A stretch of 64,000 nucleotides of DNA, from NCBI GenBank assembly GCA_028534125.1, contig CM052832.1:19470001-19534000 (forward strand), written 5' to 3'. Source of the stretch: Lama glama (Eukaryota). The notes beneath the pieces were generated by a model. That model made no database searches and was not told where the DNA came from. It saw only the letters and a list, made by a program, of their open reading frames with translations. Positions within the stretch are counted from its first letter, which is position 1; the number at the start of each line of letters is the position of its first letter. Shown one piece after another: positions 25,475-39,099 of the stretch. Made by a program: the position numbers and the translations under genes.

Positions 25475-27631
25475 GTGAGAAAGTAGGGTTTGTTTCTGAT
25501 TTAATGCTGCCTAATTGATAAAAGGGATAATGTTCAGGGAACAGAGTCAGCTTTTAAAGTCTATGTCAGTCAGAAAGATGATCAGCAATGAGCAGAGAGG
25601 AGAGAAGCAGAGACACGGAACCCAGCTCAGCCCAGCCAGTCCCTCTGCCTTGTTAATCCATTAGTCAGATGTTAAGAGTTGGGGTTATCCAGGTGCCTGG
25701 TTACTATAGTAACCAGTTTATAAACTACTGGGACCACTGTCCTTCAATTGGAACTTTTGCATGTTAATTTTTTTATGATGCAGATAAAAGATGTTGTCAC
25801 CCACTGGTCACATAACCTTTGGCAAGTTACTTAACTTTTCCTAAGACAAATTTCTCTCTGTATGCAATGGGACTAATCATGCCTGCCTACCACTTGGGGA
25901 GATGAAATGAGAAAATATATGTGAAAGTGCTTTGGGAAGCACAATGTACCACCTATATATCTGTCATTTTTATACCCCTAACTGGCTACTGTCAACCTGG
26001 CATGCCAACTGAAGACAAAGTTGTGTGTTACCTAGGTGCATGTACTAATTTATGGAGGTCATCCTTGGTATCTCCTGCTGGCACATTTGTATTTCTTTTA
26101 AGAGTAAACAGCAGTTCAGAAATAAGAAAAGCTATTGGATGGTAAATTTGTTGAAAAGTCCATGGCAGGGAACTTGGAATCAAAGAATCAACATAAGTAA
26201 TTAAGAGCAAGGATGATTAACTTATGTAAATCACACCTAATTGTCTCAATAGACCAGAAGTTGAACATCAGCCTATGTTCTAACTGTATTAACTGATAAG
26301 GACAAGACAGTTTCTAAGTTTCTTGATATATTTGTTTGTTTCCATGTGAATGAGATTTAGAAGGAATACTGCTCTAAGTGGCCCACTAGAATACAATTTC
26401 ATTAGTACAAATCTTGTACTGTAATATTTCATCGGACAGTCTCTCAACTCCTTCCATTCAATGGCAAGAAAAATGGAGTGGTAACAATATATAAATATAT
26501 ATGTTATTATTCAGTTTATAATGGCCTTTTATGTGCATGATCTCATTTGATCTTTACTAGCCTTACTGCAATTCTTATTATTATCCTCAGTGTCCAAAGG
26601 GTGAGGTGAATTCTCTAGCCTGAAGCTGTAGAGTGACTGCTGCTTTTCCACCAGACCACAGCTGCCCCGTCTCACACAGTACATATTTTGCATGGCCAGT
26701 AGACATCACCATTGTAGAAAACATCAGTAGGCAAAAACTTTGTCCAGGACTGCCCCCTCCCCCTCCCCGCCAGTGATCTTCAGGTATGGACACAATCTCT
26801 TGGTGTCATTTGAGAACTGGCTTCTGCAGGAAGGAGAGGAGATGTGTCACAGGAGGGAGCTCTGCTTCCCTGGACTGTAAAAGGGACGGTGTTATTGGAC
26901 CTGGGAAAAGGGTTTTTTCCCTTCCTGTTTCTCTCCCCACTTCCTCACTCTCTCAAGGTGAATTTGAGATTTCTTACTCTTACCTTTTCCGTCGGTATCC
27001 CTGTTCCTTTCTCCCCACACTCTCCAACTCCCCTCTTTTGACTGCAGTGTCTGCTTTTCTCTATCGAAATTATTAATATCGTCAGGATCTTTGTAAGGTT
27101 CTTTGAGGTGGGGGTGGAACATGGGTTCTGTGTCCGTGTCATCACTTGCTCAGTGCACTAACACTGACGTCTGGCTGGCTGTAACTGTTTCTGCTTAGCT
27201 GGGCAATCAGGCAAGCCCAGCTAAATAGGCGGAGGCTGAGAACTACTTGGGGATTTTGAAGAAATTAAATAGTTGCAAAGGTTTGTGTGTGTGTGTGTGC
27301 ATGCATGGGGTGGAGTGGGAACACATTAAAATATAATGTGGCTATCTAATAACTATTTCTATATTTTCATTTGAAGTTGGCTGCTAGTTTCAGATCTATT
27401 AGTTCATTCATTCAGCACCGCCATTAACCTCCTCCTAATCACCAGGTAGTTTTGAAGGGAAGCATTTCACACCTGAGACAAGGGAGGTGGCTGCTGAGTC
27501 CAAATGAAGAATAAAGCAGGGAACTAGCCAGAGGTTAGCCCCTCAGTTAAGTGGCACATTCTGTGGATGCCTTAGCAGACAGAGGGGTGACCACATAGCT
27601 CTACCTGGTGGCCAAGGGTTCTGGCCTCTAG

Positions 27632-27920
27632 CTTTTTTGGAAATTGAAGTAGGACTCTCATAACATAAAATTAACCATGAGCCCTTTTTAAAGATACAAT
27701 CCTGTGAAATCTAGTACATTGACTTTGTTGTGCAACTGCTACCTCTGTCTAGTTCCAAGACATCTTCATCTCCCCAGAAGGAAACCTCATCTATTCTCCC
27801 CTCTTCCTAAGCCTGGCAACCACTAATCTACTTTCTGTCTTTATAGATTTACATATTGCGAATGTTTCATATAAATAAAATCATATAGTATATGATTTTC
27901 TGTATCTGGCTTTGCATATA
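27632..27920 (-). mobile_element. Older L1 (L1MB/MC-like) 3' fragment
   Basis: cctggcaaccactaatctactttctgtctttatagattt...aatcatatagtatatg motif. Confidence 0.75.
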
Positions 27921-30129
27921 GCCCTTTCACTCATGGCCGAATTCCTAGGTCAGAGCTGGTCTAGCTGTGGGGTGGTGGAAGCCACAGTCCTGCGATGGCC
28001 TGCTAAGAATCCCGTTCGTCTGAGTAAATTCTCCTTTGTGAGGGTCCCACGGCCAGAGTGCATGTCAGTTTTGAGTGGTGTAGGGGGTACCAGACTCCTC
28101 TTTGATCATTTTTCTATAGCAAGAGAAGGAGGGAAGTGGATCGAGGATGTATGCAACCTGCTCACTTTGCCCCTTGTCTTTTCCTCTTTCCTAAGGAATA
28201 GCTCCCTCCCATCTCTTACAGAAGGAGTGCTGTTTTTAGTTCTTTGTTGGCCCTCACCATGCTACAGATTTTTCCGTGTGTGTGTGTATGCATGTAAAAC
28301 CCAGTGTTCCTTCTGGGGATGATTTGATTGATGTATACACTGGAAACATCTTTAATAATTTAATGCTTGCTTCAAAGGAGATTACACCAAAAAGCACATT
28401 GCTTTTCACTTATTCATTACAGATCTGTTATAGAAGCATCTTTTTTTTTCACCCTGAATTGTAGTGTTGTAGTAATAATAAGTTTTGTACTACACTCAGG
28501 ATATTTTAAAGGATTATAAACCTTTTAACTAATATTACCATCTTATGTAAATTGGTCAAATTGGTATTTCAGCCCCATAATCTTGCATTTTTAGTTGAGC
28601 TAACCAGATATGGCTTCATTTGATGACTATAAAAATAGCTGTGCTGGGAAAGTCTAATAGAACTAATGGGATGAAAGCATAATATTGCTTGTTAGTAGTG
28701 GTGGTAATAACAGTGAGGAGAATGGAGCCTGAATGTAGGACTGGGTGTCTCCTTCCTTAAAAAGAGATCAGGGTATATATATCTCAGCCCAGCCCTTTGC
28801 ATTAAAAGGAGGAAAAAAACTGTGTATGTTTGGGGATTGGGAGCAAAGAAAGTGGTAAGATGAGAAACACAAAACTAAAAAAAACTAGAAACCAACACTC
28901 TATCATTTTACAACTTTTAGGTATCAATCCAGATTTCAGTAAAGGAAAACCGACTTTTCCCCATTTAGACGGAAGTAGTCACCTTACTGGACTTTAGCAA
29001 GCTCTTGTCATATATTCTCAGAGGCAAGAGATATATCTAGATTCATCAATGATTACAGTAAAATCGGAGTTTTCTGTTATTATTATTAAAGATTTTTTTA
29101 AATTTAAGGAATGCTATATTACTCCTCTTTAAAACCAAAATTCAAAGTTGCTCTGAATAGGGCAAGCTTAGGCACAGTAAGGGTTACAGTTTCTAGGAGA
29201 GGTGATAGACAGTTATCCAATTCTCAGAGATAATTTACGAGCTGCTCTAGGCCCATTAGCTCAAGTCAAGGTGCCTGAGAGCCCTTCAGATGTCTCTTAG
29301 GATCCCACCGTGAGTGACCCCCGCCTCCCCAAATCCCTCAGTCACCAGGGAGGGAACTTGCTGTCTCTGGTCCCGAGACCCCCGGGCCTTTGCATGGTCT
29401 CTTCTGATACGTCAGTGGGCAGCCACCCCCAGTGTATTCATTAAGGGCAGTGAAGAAACATGGTAGCTTCAGGGAAGAATAGATCATAACAAATGGGAAA
29501 ATATTTTAATTTTTCTTAGGATTGTGATGTGCCAGGTGGTTTGCTTGGCATTGTATATAATTTGTTAATCCCCATGGAAGTTTTATTATATATATTTCCA
29601 CTTTACAAGTGGGAAATCTGAAATTCAAAGAAGTTAGTTAACAGCCAGTAAGTGCCTGGCCAGGACTTGAACATGTCTTTCTCCAAAGTCTTGGCTGTGG
29701 AACTTGTCCTCCTCTTCTCTTTTAAAGCAGATTTATATGTATCCAAAAAAAAAAAAAGTAAAAATGCCTAAAGTTTATGAGGTACTTAAGCATTTATTAT
29801 TTTTATAGAAAGAATATATAGTTTCTTGGCCTTGAATCTGCATGACCATCAATTTTTGTGTTTAGAGATGTACTGTCAGCTCTCTTAGGCACCGTATGGA
29901 AAGCAGTCCACATTTGTTTTTAGAACACCTGGATTCACACCCAGGCCATCACCACTGCCCATTATTTTTTGTATTTAGAGATTCAAATACATACCAGGCA
30001 CTGGTGGTGAGGATGATAAACTCTCCACAAAGAATTTTTTTACCTCCTTCCCTGGGCCAGCCACTGCACTAGACATTGGCCAAGGCCCCTGCCATTTAGT
30101 TTTCTCTCTGGTGTGAGGATTGAGGACAT

Positions 30130-30330
30130 TAATTCTGGAGTCACACGCTTTGTTCTCATTCTGGCTCTTCCACTTGTAAACAGTAGGATGTTGGGCTAAC
30201 TACTGGGTCCCCCTTACCTTCGTTTTCTCACCTGTAAAATGAGAATAATACCAACCTTACAGTGTCGTTGTGAGGATTAAATGAGAAAACACTTGTGAAG
30301 AGTGGTATACAGGAGGTGCTCAGTAAAGGT
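30130..30330 (+). mobile_element. MIR SINE
   Basis: ttttctcacctgtaaaatgagaataata..gttgtgaggattaaatgaga..gtgctcagtaaa. Confidence 0.75.
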
Positions 30331-30473
30331 TAACACATGAGGCACTGTATATATTGCAAGTGTAAGGAAGTTTTACGTGACTGTAATACACAATTATGAC
30401 GTTGTTATATTGTGCGAGGGAAAGTCCCTGTTACACTTCCTACTTTTATCCGCTACTCCTCTTGCTCCATCAG

Positions 30474-30779
30474 CGGCCAGCAGAAATAGTAGATGAGGAG
30501 GAAGATGGAGAGAAAGAAAACAAGGAAGTGGAACAGAAGGAAGACTTTTCAGGATTGAATGGCGAAGTTGAGGAGGAAGGAGGTAGGGAGGCTGCTGGCG
30601 ATGCTCCAGGGCAAGCGGAGGAGACCTCGCATCCCAGGGCGGAGCAGGCAGGTCCTGCTCGTGGGAGTGGAGCCACTGATGAAGAAAATGGCGAGGAACT
30701 GGACCAGGTTAATAATGAGCTGCGAGAGGCTGTGGACGAGGAAGGGCAGTCTCAAGGAACTGGCAGTGGACCAGAAGAG
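30474..30779 (+). CDS. DCDC2: DCDC2 penultimate coding exon (acidic region, 306 nt)
   Basis: Polypyrimidine tract + catcAG acceptor and GAG|GTattt donor, phase 0 at both ends. Encodes RPAEIVDEEEDGEKENKEVEQKEDFSGLNGEVEEEGG...GTGSGPEE and continues the frame of the previous exon. Confidence 0.95.
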
Positions 30780-31539
30780 GTATTTCTATTGCTTTTGCTC
30801 ACTCGTGTGCCTGCATGAATATGTGTGTGTGTGTGCATGAGTGTGCACCGTGCACACCCTTAGGGAATTATTCAAGCACTTAGGATTTGAAGGCAGTGAC
30901 ACTTCCAGGATTCCATACAGCAGGGTTTGAAAAGCAGCTAATGTTCATCTCACCCCCTTAGTTTTCAGTCTAGTGGGTGAAAGATTGTAATGGGATGATA
31001 TCATTAGCATATGAGAAGTCCGAGTGGCAGGGTTGCTGTTGCAGAAGCCGCCTTTAGGTTTTCATCTTCTGTCCTGCTCTTATCTACTTGATGCTTGATG
31101 GTACTTGGTACCATAGTCACAAAGAATTTGTCAATTCTAGTAGAAAACTAATAGGAAGACATTTGGCATGGGGCTGGATTAATGTGACGTGAGCGTAAAA
31201 TTGCTGCATTTCACTTTTTTCTCTGAAAAACACCAAAGCGAAAAGTGTAAATATGTTGTTGAAAAGCTCAAAAGGAAATAAAGGAAAAAATTGAGAAAAA
31301 TAACAACTTTAAACACATGGTGGGTTATGGTCCCAGAAAGGGCTCCTGAACAAGGAAAGATTGAGATTGGCGTGTCCGCTGGGTAACGATAAACTAAACA
31401 ACAAAAGGAACCCAAGGAACTGTTTGTAGCTAAATATTTATAAGATTAAAGGCAACACTGAGTCATTTTTTCCTTGTAAATTTTATTGCCTTTGTCACTA
31501 AAGAGCTAAATATCTTTGTTTTCATCTCTTTTCCTCCAG

Positions 31540-31647
31540 GCTGACATGGACCCTCAAAGACCACCAAGGCCAGAAGTAAAAATCACTAGTCCACAAGAAA
31601 ATGATAATAATGAACAAAACAAGGATAATCTGTCACAGCATAGATGA
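31540..31647 (+). CDS. DCDC2: DCDC2 terminal coding exon to stop
   Basis: Acceptor ttttcctccAG. Encodes ADMDPQRPPRPEVKITSPQENDNNEQNKDNLSQHR*, with TGA at 31645-31647. Matches the DCDC2 C-terminus except for the last residues. Confidence 0.93.
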   Translation, partial: ADMDPQRPPRPEVKITSPQENDNNEQNKDNLSQHR

Positions 31648-34370
31648 TATTTTAAGAAGAGTATATAGATCATAAGAAAAATGAAGGGTTATAATACTTG
31701 AATAATAAGTATATAGTTATTGCTAAACATAATGTGACAATACGGTTAAGTACTACCTACTGAAGTTTAAAATTAGAGGCCTAATGGAAAGACTAGATAA
31801 CTTTGAATAGCTACTGAAGGCAAGTGACTTCTTTTTATGGGATGTGTTTTTAAAAGTCATTTAGAAAAATTAAATAAGAATGGTGGAGGGGAATTTGCCC
31901 TGGAAGACAATTGGCCACTTGTCTTTATAAAGAAGAGAAGAACAGGATCATTCCTATTGTAAACTTTCTTATAAATTTAGAGGTAAGATTATTAGATGGC
32001 AGTTTATGCTAAACCACGTACCTAAGAAGGCATAGAATTTAAAAAATCATAATAGGAAAGCATGTACTTTTTTTTTAACCAATAAACTCTTTTTTTTTTC
32101 CCAGCAATAAACTCTTGAATAAACAACTTGCAGTTTAGTTTCAGAGATAATTTGGAGATGGCAGTAGACTGAACTGTTTCTGTGTCTTGTTGACATTCTT
32201 TTCTTTCCTCCTCCTGGGCTGAAATCCACCATAAAAAAATGAAAAGGACAATGCATGATACTCATTTTAGATGGAGGAAGTGTTCACTCAGTATATTCCT
32301 GACTAATATTGTCATGCCCCTCCCTTAGCTGCTTCAGGTTTTAATCCTTATGGCTTTAATGACACACACTCAGGAAGAAATTAACAAGGAACACCTAGTT
32401 ATTATCACTGAGCCTGGCTGGATGTTTTGCAAATTCTGGTATCCTGTGGATTTTCTCTGATCCAGTCTACCATTTCCAATAATATTCCTTTCTTCTCCTT
32501 CACATTATGGTATTAGAAGAAAACACAATATTGGCTATTCCAAAGATTGAATTCTCTCCAGACAGTTCTTCTTTTAACAAAAAGGACAAGACAATGTAAT
32601 AGAAAAAAAGTAGGCTATGTGAAGAGTTTGTCACTCCTCAATATCATTGCCTTTTTGCTTTATTTCTCTTAGGACTGCCTCCTCATACTTTTTTCCCCTA
32701 GGAATATCAGCAAATATTTAATTTCATGGCCAGTTGTATTTAGGCTTTCAAGCAGATTCCTTTCTATATAATTAGAAGTTATATGAGAGAAATTGCTGAA
32801 AAAAGTTTAAAAATTATCGTAATGAAACCAGCTCCTGATCACAGATTTGTGGGTTAATTAAATTAACTCAGATTGCCTTATTAGGTATATACGGGAAAAA
32901 ACATAATCGTATTAGTATTTGTTTTTTGAACTCTTAAGAAATGACGCAGTTCTTCCTTAAATGTAAAAATATTTTCCCATATTAAAGAATATTTTTGTTA
33001 ATTAACTTCTAGTGCTTTCATAGAATTCATTATTAATGATAAGTTTAAAAGATTTTTTTTTCCTCTCCAGTTTTCATAACCAATCATTTGGAATCAAAGT
33101 AGTTATATAAAGCACTTAATAATACTACAGAAAACAGATGTATTTTTCCTAGAAGCTATTTTAATATTTTCCACAAATAGGAAGTATATACAGAGACTAT
33201 AATATGACAGTATTGGAAAGAGATACTGATATAAGGGTAGATTAATCTGGGAGGATGAATTGTAAATTGAGCTGTATTTCTAACATAAACTCTAGATTGT
33301 GCTTTCTACTAGCAGGCTTACTTTTTCAAATGGGACAATATAAAGCCTTCAGACTAGAAGCAATAATCTTGTAATGCTAGGGAAATAAACTACTTGATTT
33401 TTTTAAGGTTTAAATTCCCACACTATTACTGGGCCTGGGGTTAATAATTTCAAAAAGCTTATAAAAATAAGGGATTAAATATAAGAAATTGTAACTAATT
33501 ATCAAGCTGATTCATTCTCTTTTCTTTCTTTAATGAAGAGTTTCTTCTTTAATAAAGCTATTCTGTCTTTCTCTTTTTTCCTGTTCTTTTCTTCATAGTA
33601 CTAAAATTTAGGTTTTTGAGAACTGTTTAAGAGTCATAGAGAAGCACAATGTTACTTTAAATGAAAAACTAAGTTTGGTATTTTAAGTATACTTCAAGAA
33701 GGTGATAGGCCACAATACTGGTAGGAAAGAATTTAAAAATGGGGATATAATACTTTTCTTGTATGTGCATATTTTTACCACTTGTCTACAAGATGTAATT
33801 GTGACCTAACTTGAGGGGATGAACAGTCACTAATCACTTTAAAACACTTTGCAAGCATATATTCCTTAAAAAAAAGGGGGGGGGAAAGAAAGAAATATGT
33901 CATCTAACCCTGAAATAAATCATTCACAGAGAATTAAAATTGTGGACATCACTTTGGAGATGACTTTAACATAAATGATGAAAGTTAATTCACCTCCCAA
34001 ACGTGGACGGTTCCTTTGTGGGAGTGGTGGCCTCTGTGGCACACCAGCACCACAAATTGAGTGAGACTCACTGACAGATTTGGAGACCCGTTATGCGAGG
34101 AAACAGGAGAGATCTTGGTTAGGCTTCAGGGATTGTTTTACAGGGAGGATGTTAGGAAATACTCAGGTAGCTTTCATGTGAGAACCAATGATAGAATGCT
34201 TTCATCTGTTAGTTCTTTGGGGTAGACTGTCATAGTTCCAATTTTAATGGAATGCTTTTCTTCAGTTTAATTGGGTTTTCCCACACTTGTAAACAACTGG
34301 CTTGTTAGTTAAAATGTAACAGTAGGGGTTTTGCAGAGCAAATAAAGAGGATTTTAACTAAAATCATTTT
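31648..34370 (+). other. DCDC2: DCDC2 3' UTR (end uncertain)
   Basis: AT-rich, repeat-poor sequence after the stop. AATAAA at 32081, 32106, 32118, 33384, 33551, 33914 and 34341; the site actually used cannot be determined from sequence. Confidence 0.55.
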
Positions 34371-35271
34371 CATACTAAGGATGTTTTACTTGGTTTAGCT
34401 TCTATTAAAGTAGCTTTTGAGCATTCATGGATTTCCAGTTATAAAACATGATACTATGGCCATAAGATAACTTTTTACTCATACCCTTCTTTTTCTCTAT
34501 GGCCATGGGATGACTTTTTATTTATGAAGATGTTTTGAGGGAGTATTAGAAAGCCAGACACAGGAAGAATATGATACTCTCATCCCTCTTCTTCTATTCT
34601 GAGAATGTTAATTCCTGCTGCCGTCTGTAAATACAGAACCATCCTATATCTATGTGGCTTGGAGTCTGTAGGCTCTTGACTGTGAAGCCATATTGATTTG
34701 AATTTATTCGTATTATTGCTCCAGCTTATAGCTCATAAACTGACATCCTCAAAAATTGCACTCAGTAACCTACCCTCTATGCAAAGGATCAAGTTAATCC
34801 ACCTATTTAAAATTGTGGCCAATTTTAAACAGGAAGTCTTCTGTATCTTGTTAACTGACTCTCCTAAAGAATGAGCTCTATACTTTTTTTTTTGGCTCAA
34901 TGAGAAGCAAAGGCAAAATTTTAAAAAGTAGATTAACTGCTGAGCAGAAGGCATCACATCTGAACTGTTTCCAATCTGAACAGAAAGTGTCTGTCTAGAT
35001 ATATGTAGATGCATGTCAAACACTCTTACAGATGCACTGGCACACTTTAGCATATATTGAACTGGCTTCCTCAGGCACCACATTATTAATGGAATAAGGC
35101 GCTTTTGAGAGCAGCAATAGATACAAACACTTGGAAAGGAAATGCTAAGAAGTGATGTAGATCATGGTGCTTTAGAACTTAGTTCTTTAAGATGTTAAGA
35201 GATTTAAAATTCTTCTCAAGAAAGCTATCAGCATTTTAATGAAAAATTTTTTCTAGGGAGGGATGATTGTG

Positions 35272-35287
35272 TATCTATCTATCTATC

Positions 35288-35336
<49 letters not shown>
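35272..35336. repeat. (TATC)n tetranucleotide microsatellite
   Basis: About 16 units with one interruption. Confidence 0.95.
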
Positions 35337-38066
35337 ATTTTCCTGGAGTAACTACAGAATACAGTTCTGTTCTTTGTCATTAGTCTTAAGTACGTTAAGT
35401 GCAGGGTGTTTCGTATCAACACAGGCTCTGTCAAACGGTCATTACTGCTTGTCAATGTGTGTGTGTGATTTCCATGAACATCCAGCCAGGGCTGTTTTTG
35501 GTACCAAGTAGCCAAGTTCACTACAAATAGAGTTAAAGTCTAATGTATTAGTCCATTGGTAATCTAATATTCAAGTTCAGTGTAAAAGCTTTGTAGCCTT
35601 CTTGTGTAAATGTATCGTCCTGGAATGGAACCATTATTTTTAAGGTTAGTCTGTTTTTCTAAGGTGATGAGTACATACAGTTCTTCATTATTAAAGATCA
35701 TTTTTGTAAATACTATAAGATTTTGGCTTTTTAGAAAATGTTGTGGTATTTAGATGGGTCTGATTTTTCTTACCACATGAAATGGTGTATTTCCTACCAC
35801 AAGGACTAAGTGACTTGGATGGAGAATGAATTGGGCCCCACAATGAAAAGATGAAAAAGAAAAATATTATTTTTGAAAAGGCATCACATCCTGTAGGATA
35901 TGGGGAATTAGGAAATAATTAAAAATGTCTGGATAACAATAAAGCATTTATAAAATCAGGAGGTAACTAATGGAGCTCCATTGACTTAAGCCAATAATGA
36001 CTTAGCTTTAATCTATGAATGGGACCAAATGAGTTCTCTGGAGTTTCATCGGCTCAAACCACATAGTTTAATTGAATGTTTGAGTCATTGTCACAAATGT
36101 AATGGCATATGGGAAGAGGGAATGACTGTAGTCAGTTTTAGAAGTTTTGTTTTTTTCTTCATTGTTTTTCTTATGCCTTAAATCCTTAATGTGTACAATA
36201 ATGGGTGATTATTGATGTTGTAAGTAAAGATTAAGTTGAGTTCATCATTTTTGTATGATTTATGTTTAGAAGTCCTCTTTATAAGGGAAATTATTTGTAG
36301 TTTGATTGAATTATGAGCATTTAGGTTTTTACCTCTGTATCAGTGCTCACTTTTAGGGTTTATTTTTTGAGCAAATAGATCCGTGTTTAAAATGTGTTTG
36401 GGTGCTTTATTGTTTGTTTATGATGGGTTGCTAATATTTCACTTATGAATTATTTGCTTGATATTTTTCACAAGCACAATAGAAACTTTTGATTTAAACC
36501 ATGTGGAAATTCAGCACATTAAAAGATACTTCTGTTTCTATTTGGCATAGATATTAAACTTCATTATGTAAAGAAAAACTTTTTTACAGCTTCATGTACA
36601 TATTGTTCAGGTGATAAAAATTTGAGGTAAATTTTTAAAAACTATTGTTTTTTTTCTTTTATGAAATGGTGTTAGAGAAACACAGGTCCAGAATTTTTGT
36701 TATGATAAATAAAGATATCTTTAAACACACAGTAAATTACATACATTATCCAGATTTTGTATAGAAATAGGAATAAATTTTCAGTTTTACCAAGAGATTG
36801 GTTAAAATTCTGCAATTTGTGGGATAGTCACTGCCTTCATTCTGTTGAATCAGTTTTTTTTTCTTCATGTTAGGGAGATAAAAGCAGGTAAGCACACACA
36901 TTTTGCCTTCTTGATATATAATAACAAAATATATGTGATTTGGGCACCATACTTGAGAATAAATGAATGGCCCTTTTGTGCAGTTGACCCGAGTATCTTT
37001 GTTATTCCTTAAGCAATCTTGAGCCACAAAGGAGGCATCTAGATTGCCAAAGTCAAATCTCTTTCAACTACATAGTTAATTGACATTAGGAACTTCCCAC
37101 GACCAACAATGACTGTAATTTCTACAAGGTATTGTAAAATGGCTAGCATGCATTGGTTATAAAATTCTTATTTATGAAAATAAACATAGAGCTTTTCTGC
37201 AGGTTTCTAAGTGTTTTTTTCTCCCCAGAATGGGACCTTAATCTATTAAATTATTGTACAGTTCTCTCATATGCCCTCACAAACTCAGTCTTCCGTTAAG
37301 GAGACAAGTAATGCAGGGATGTCCTGTACTTCTCTTTCCATTTATTGTGGGGCTAGTGATAAATAAAATGCTTTTAAAATGCAAAAAAATTAATAATACC
37401 CATTAAGTTTAAAATTAAATGAGACACTCCCCTTGTTTTCACTGTATTTGTTGTTTTTGGATACAGAGGATTGTGGTGGTTCTCTCCTGACTCTGGCTGT
37501 TAATTTTTTGGCTTCTCTTCTTTCTCCTTGAATCCTTGTCATGCTCTTAACAACTATCTGTGTGTCTGTGACTCCCAAATCTGTATCTCCAGGCCAGGAT
37601 GGCTGGGGGCAAGCTCCTCAGACATAATCTGGGCACTGCTTCTTTGCTTTTGTGGTGACTATTTTACGTCCAGAACAGTTGACAATAATGAGATACAATG
37701 GAAAGCATGTCTTATTTAAAGTCTTGAAAGGCAAGGTTCCTGTCTAATAAAAAAAAATTAGAAAATAACAAGTATGCAAAAAATGTTTGTGACTATATGC
37801 AATATTAAAGGGCATGTGATACTCTATGTTTTATTCCTTCCGTTTTTTTGGTAACTGTTAGATATGACTTCTTGGGTTGGGAATGACCCAAGCCTGGATG
37901 TACCCAGCTCTCCTTGTGACAGCGTACTAAGTTTTTGTATTCACAGATGACAAATAGCCAAGAGAGGGTGGTTTGTCTATAGATTCTCTGGCCTGATGGT
38001 CTGCTTCCATTCTGTTTGCTTCCATTCTGTATTATTTGGGCTCCCTATGCCAAAACTTCACTTTTT

Positions 38067-39048
38067 TTAAAAATTTTTTTAAATTGAGTTATAGTCATTT
38101 TACAATGTTGTGTCAAATTCCAGTGTAGAGCACAATTTTTCAGTTATACATACATAGATTCATTATCACATTCTCTTTCACTGTGAGCCACCACAAGATC
38201 CTGTATATATTTCCCTGTGCTACACAGTACAATCTTGTTTATCTATTCTACATTTTGAAATCCCAGTCCCTTCCCACCCCCTGTCCCCCTGGCAACCACA
38301 AGTTTGTATTCTATGTCTATGAGTCTGTTTCTGTTTTGTATTTATTTATTTATTTATTTATTTATTTAGATTCTGCATATGAGCAATTTCATGTGGTATT
38401 TTTCTTTCTCTTTCTGGCTTACTTCACTTAGAATGACATTCTCCAGTAACATCCATGTTGCTGCAAATGGCGTTATGTTGTCGAGTCTTATGGCTGAATA
38501 GTATTCCATTGTATAAATATACCACCTCTTCTTTATCCAGTCATCTGTTGATGGACATTTAGGCTGTTCCCATGTCTTGGCTATTGTAAATGTGCTATGA
38601 ACATTGGGGTGCAGGTGTCATTTTGAAGTAGGGTTCCTTCTGGATATATGCCCAGGAGCAGGATTCCAGGGTCATATGGTAAGTGTATTCCTAGTCTTTT
38701 GAGGAATCTCCATACTGTTTTCCATAGTGGCTACACCAAACTGNNNNNNNNNNNNNNNNNNNNNNNNNNNNNNNNNNNNNNNNNNNNNNNNNNNNNNNNN
38801 NNNNNNNNNNNNNNNNNNNNNNNNNNNNNNNNNNNNNNNNNNNCTTGCTTTTATTTCTATTTCTTGGGTAGACTGCCCTAGGAGAGCATTTCTGAGATGT
38901 ATGTCAGATAATGTTTTGTCTATATTTTCTTCTAGGAGGTTTATTGTATCTTGTCTTATATTTAAGTCTTTGATCCATTTTGATTTTATTTTTGTGTATG
39001 GTGTAAGGGAGTGTTCTAGCTTCATTGATTTACACGCTACCTGTCCAG
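38067..39048 (-). mobile_element. 5'-truncated LINE-1 (ORF2 end + 3' UTR) with 16-bp TSD
   Basis: ORF2 motif KLEHSLTPYTKIKSKWIKDLNIR. TSD CAAAACTTCACTTTTT at 38051-38066 and 39049-39064. Contains a 100-N gap. Confidence 0.92.
38744..38843. other. Assembly gap (100 N)
   Basis: Run of N. Confidence 1.
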
Positions 39049-39099
39049 CAAAACTTCACTTTTTAAATTAGTCTAGAAAATTAGTATAAAAAGAAGTGA

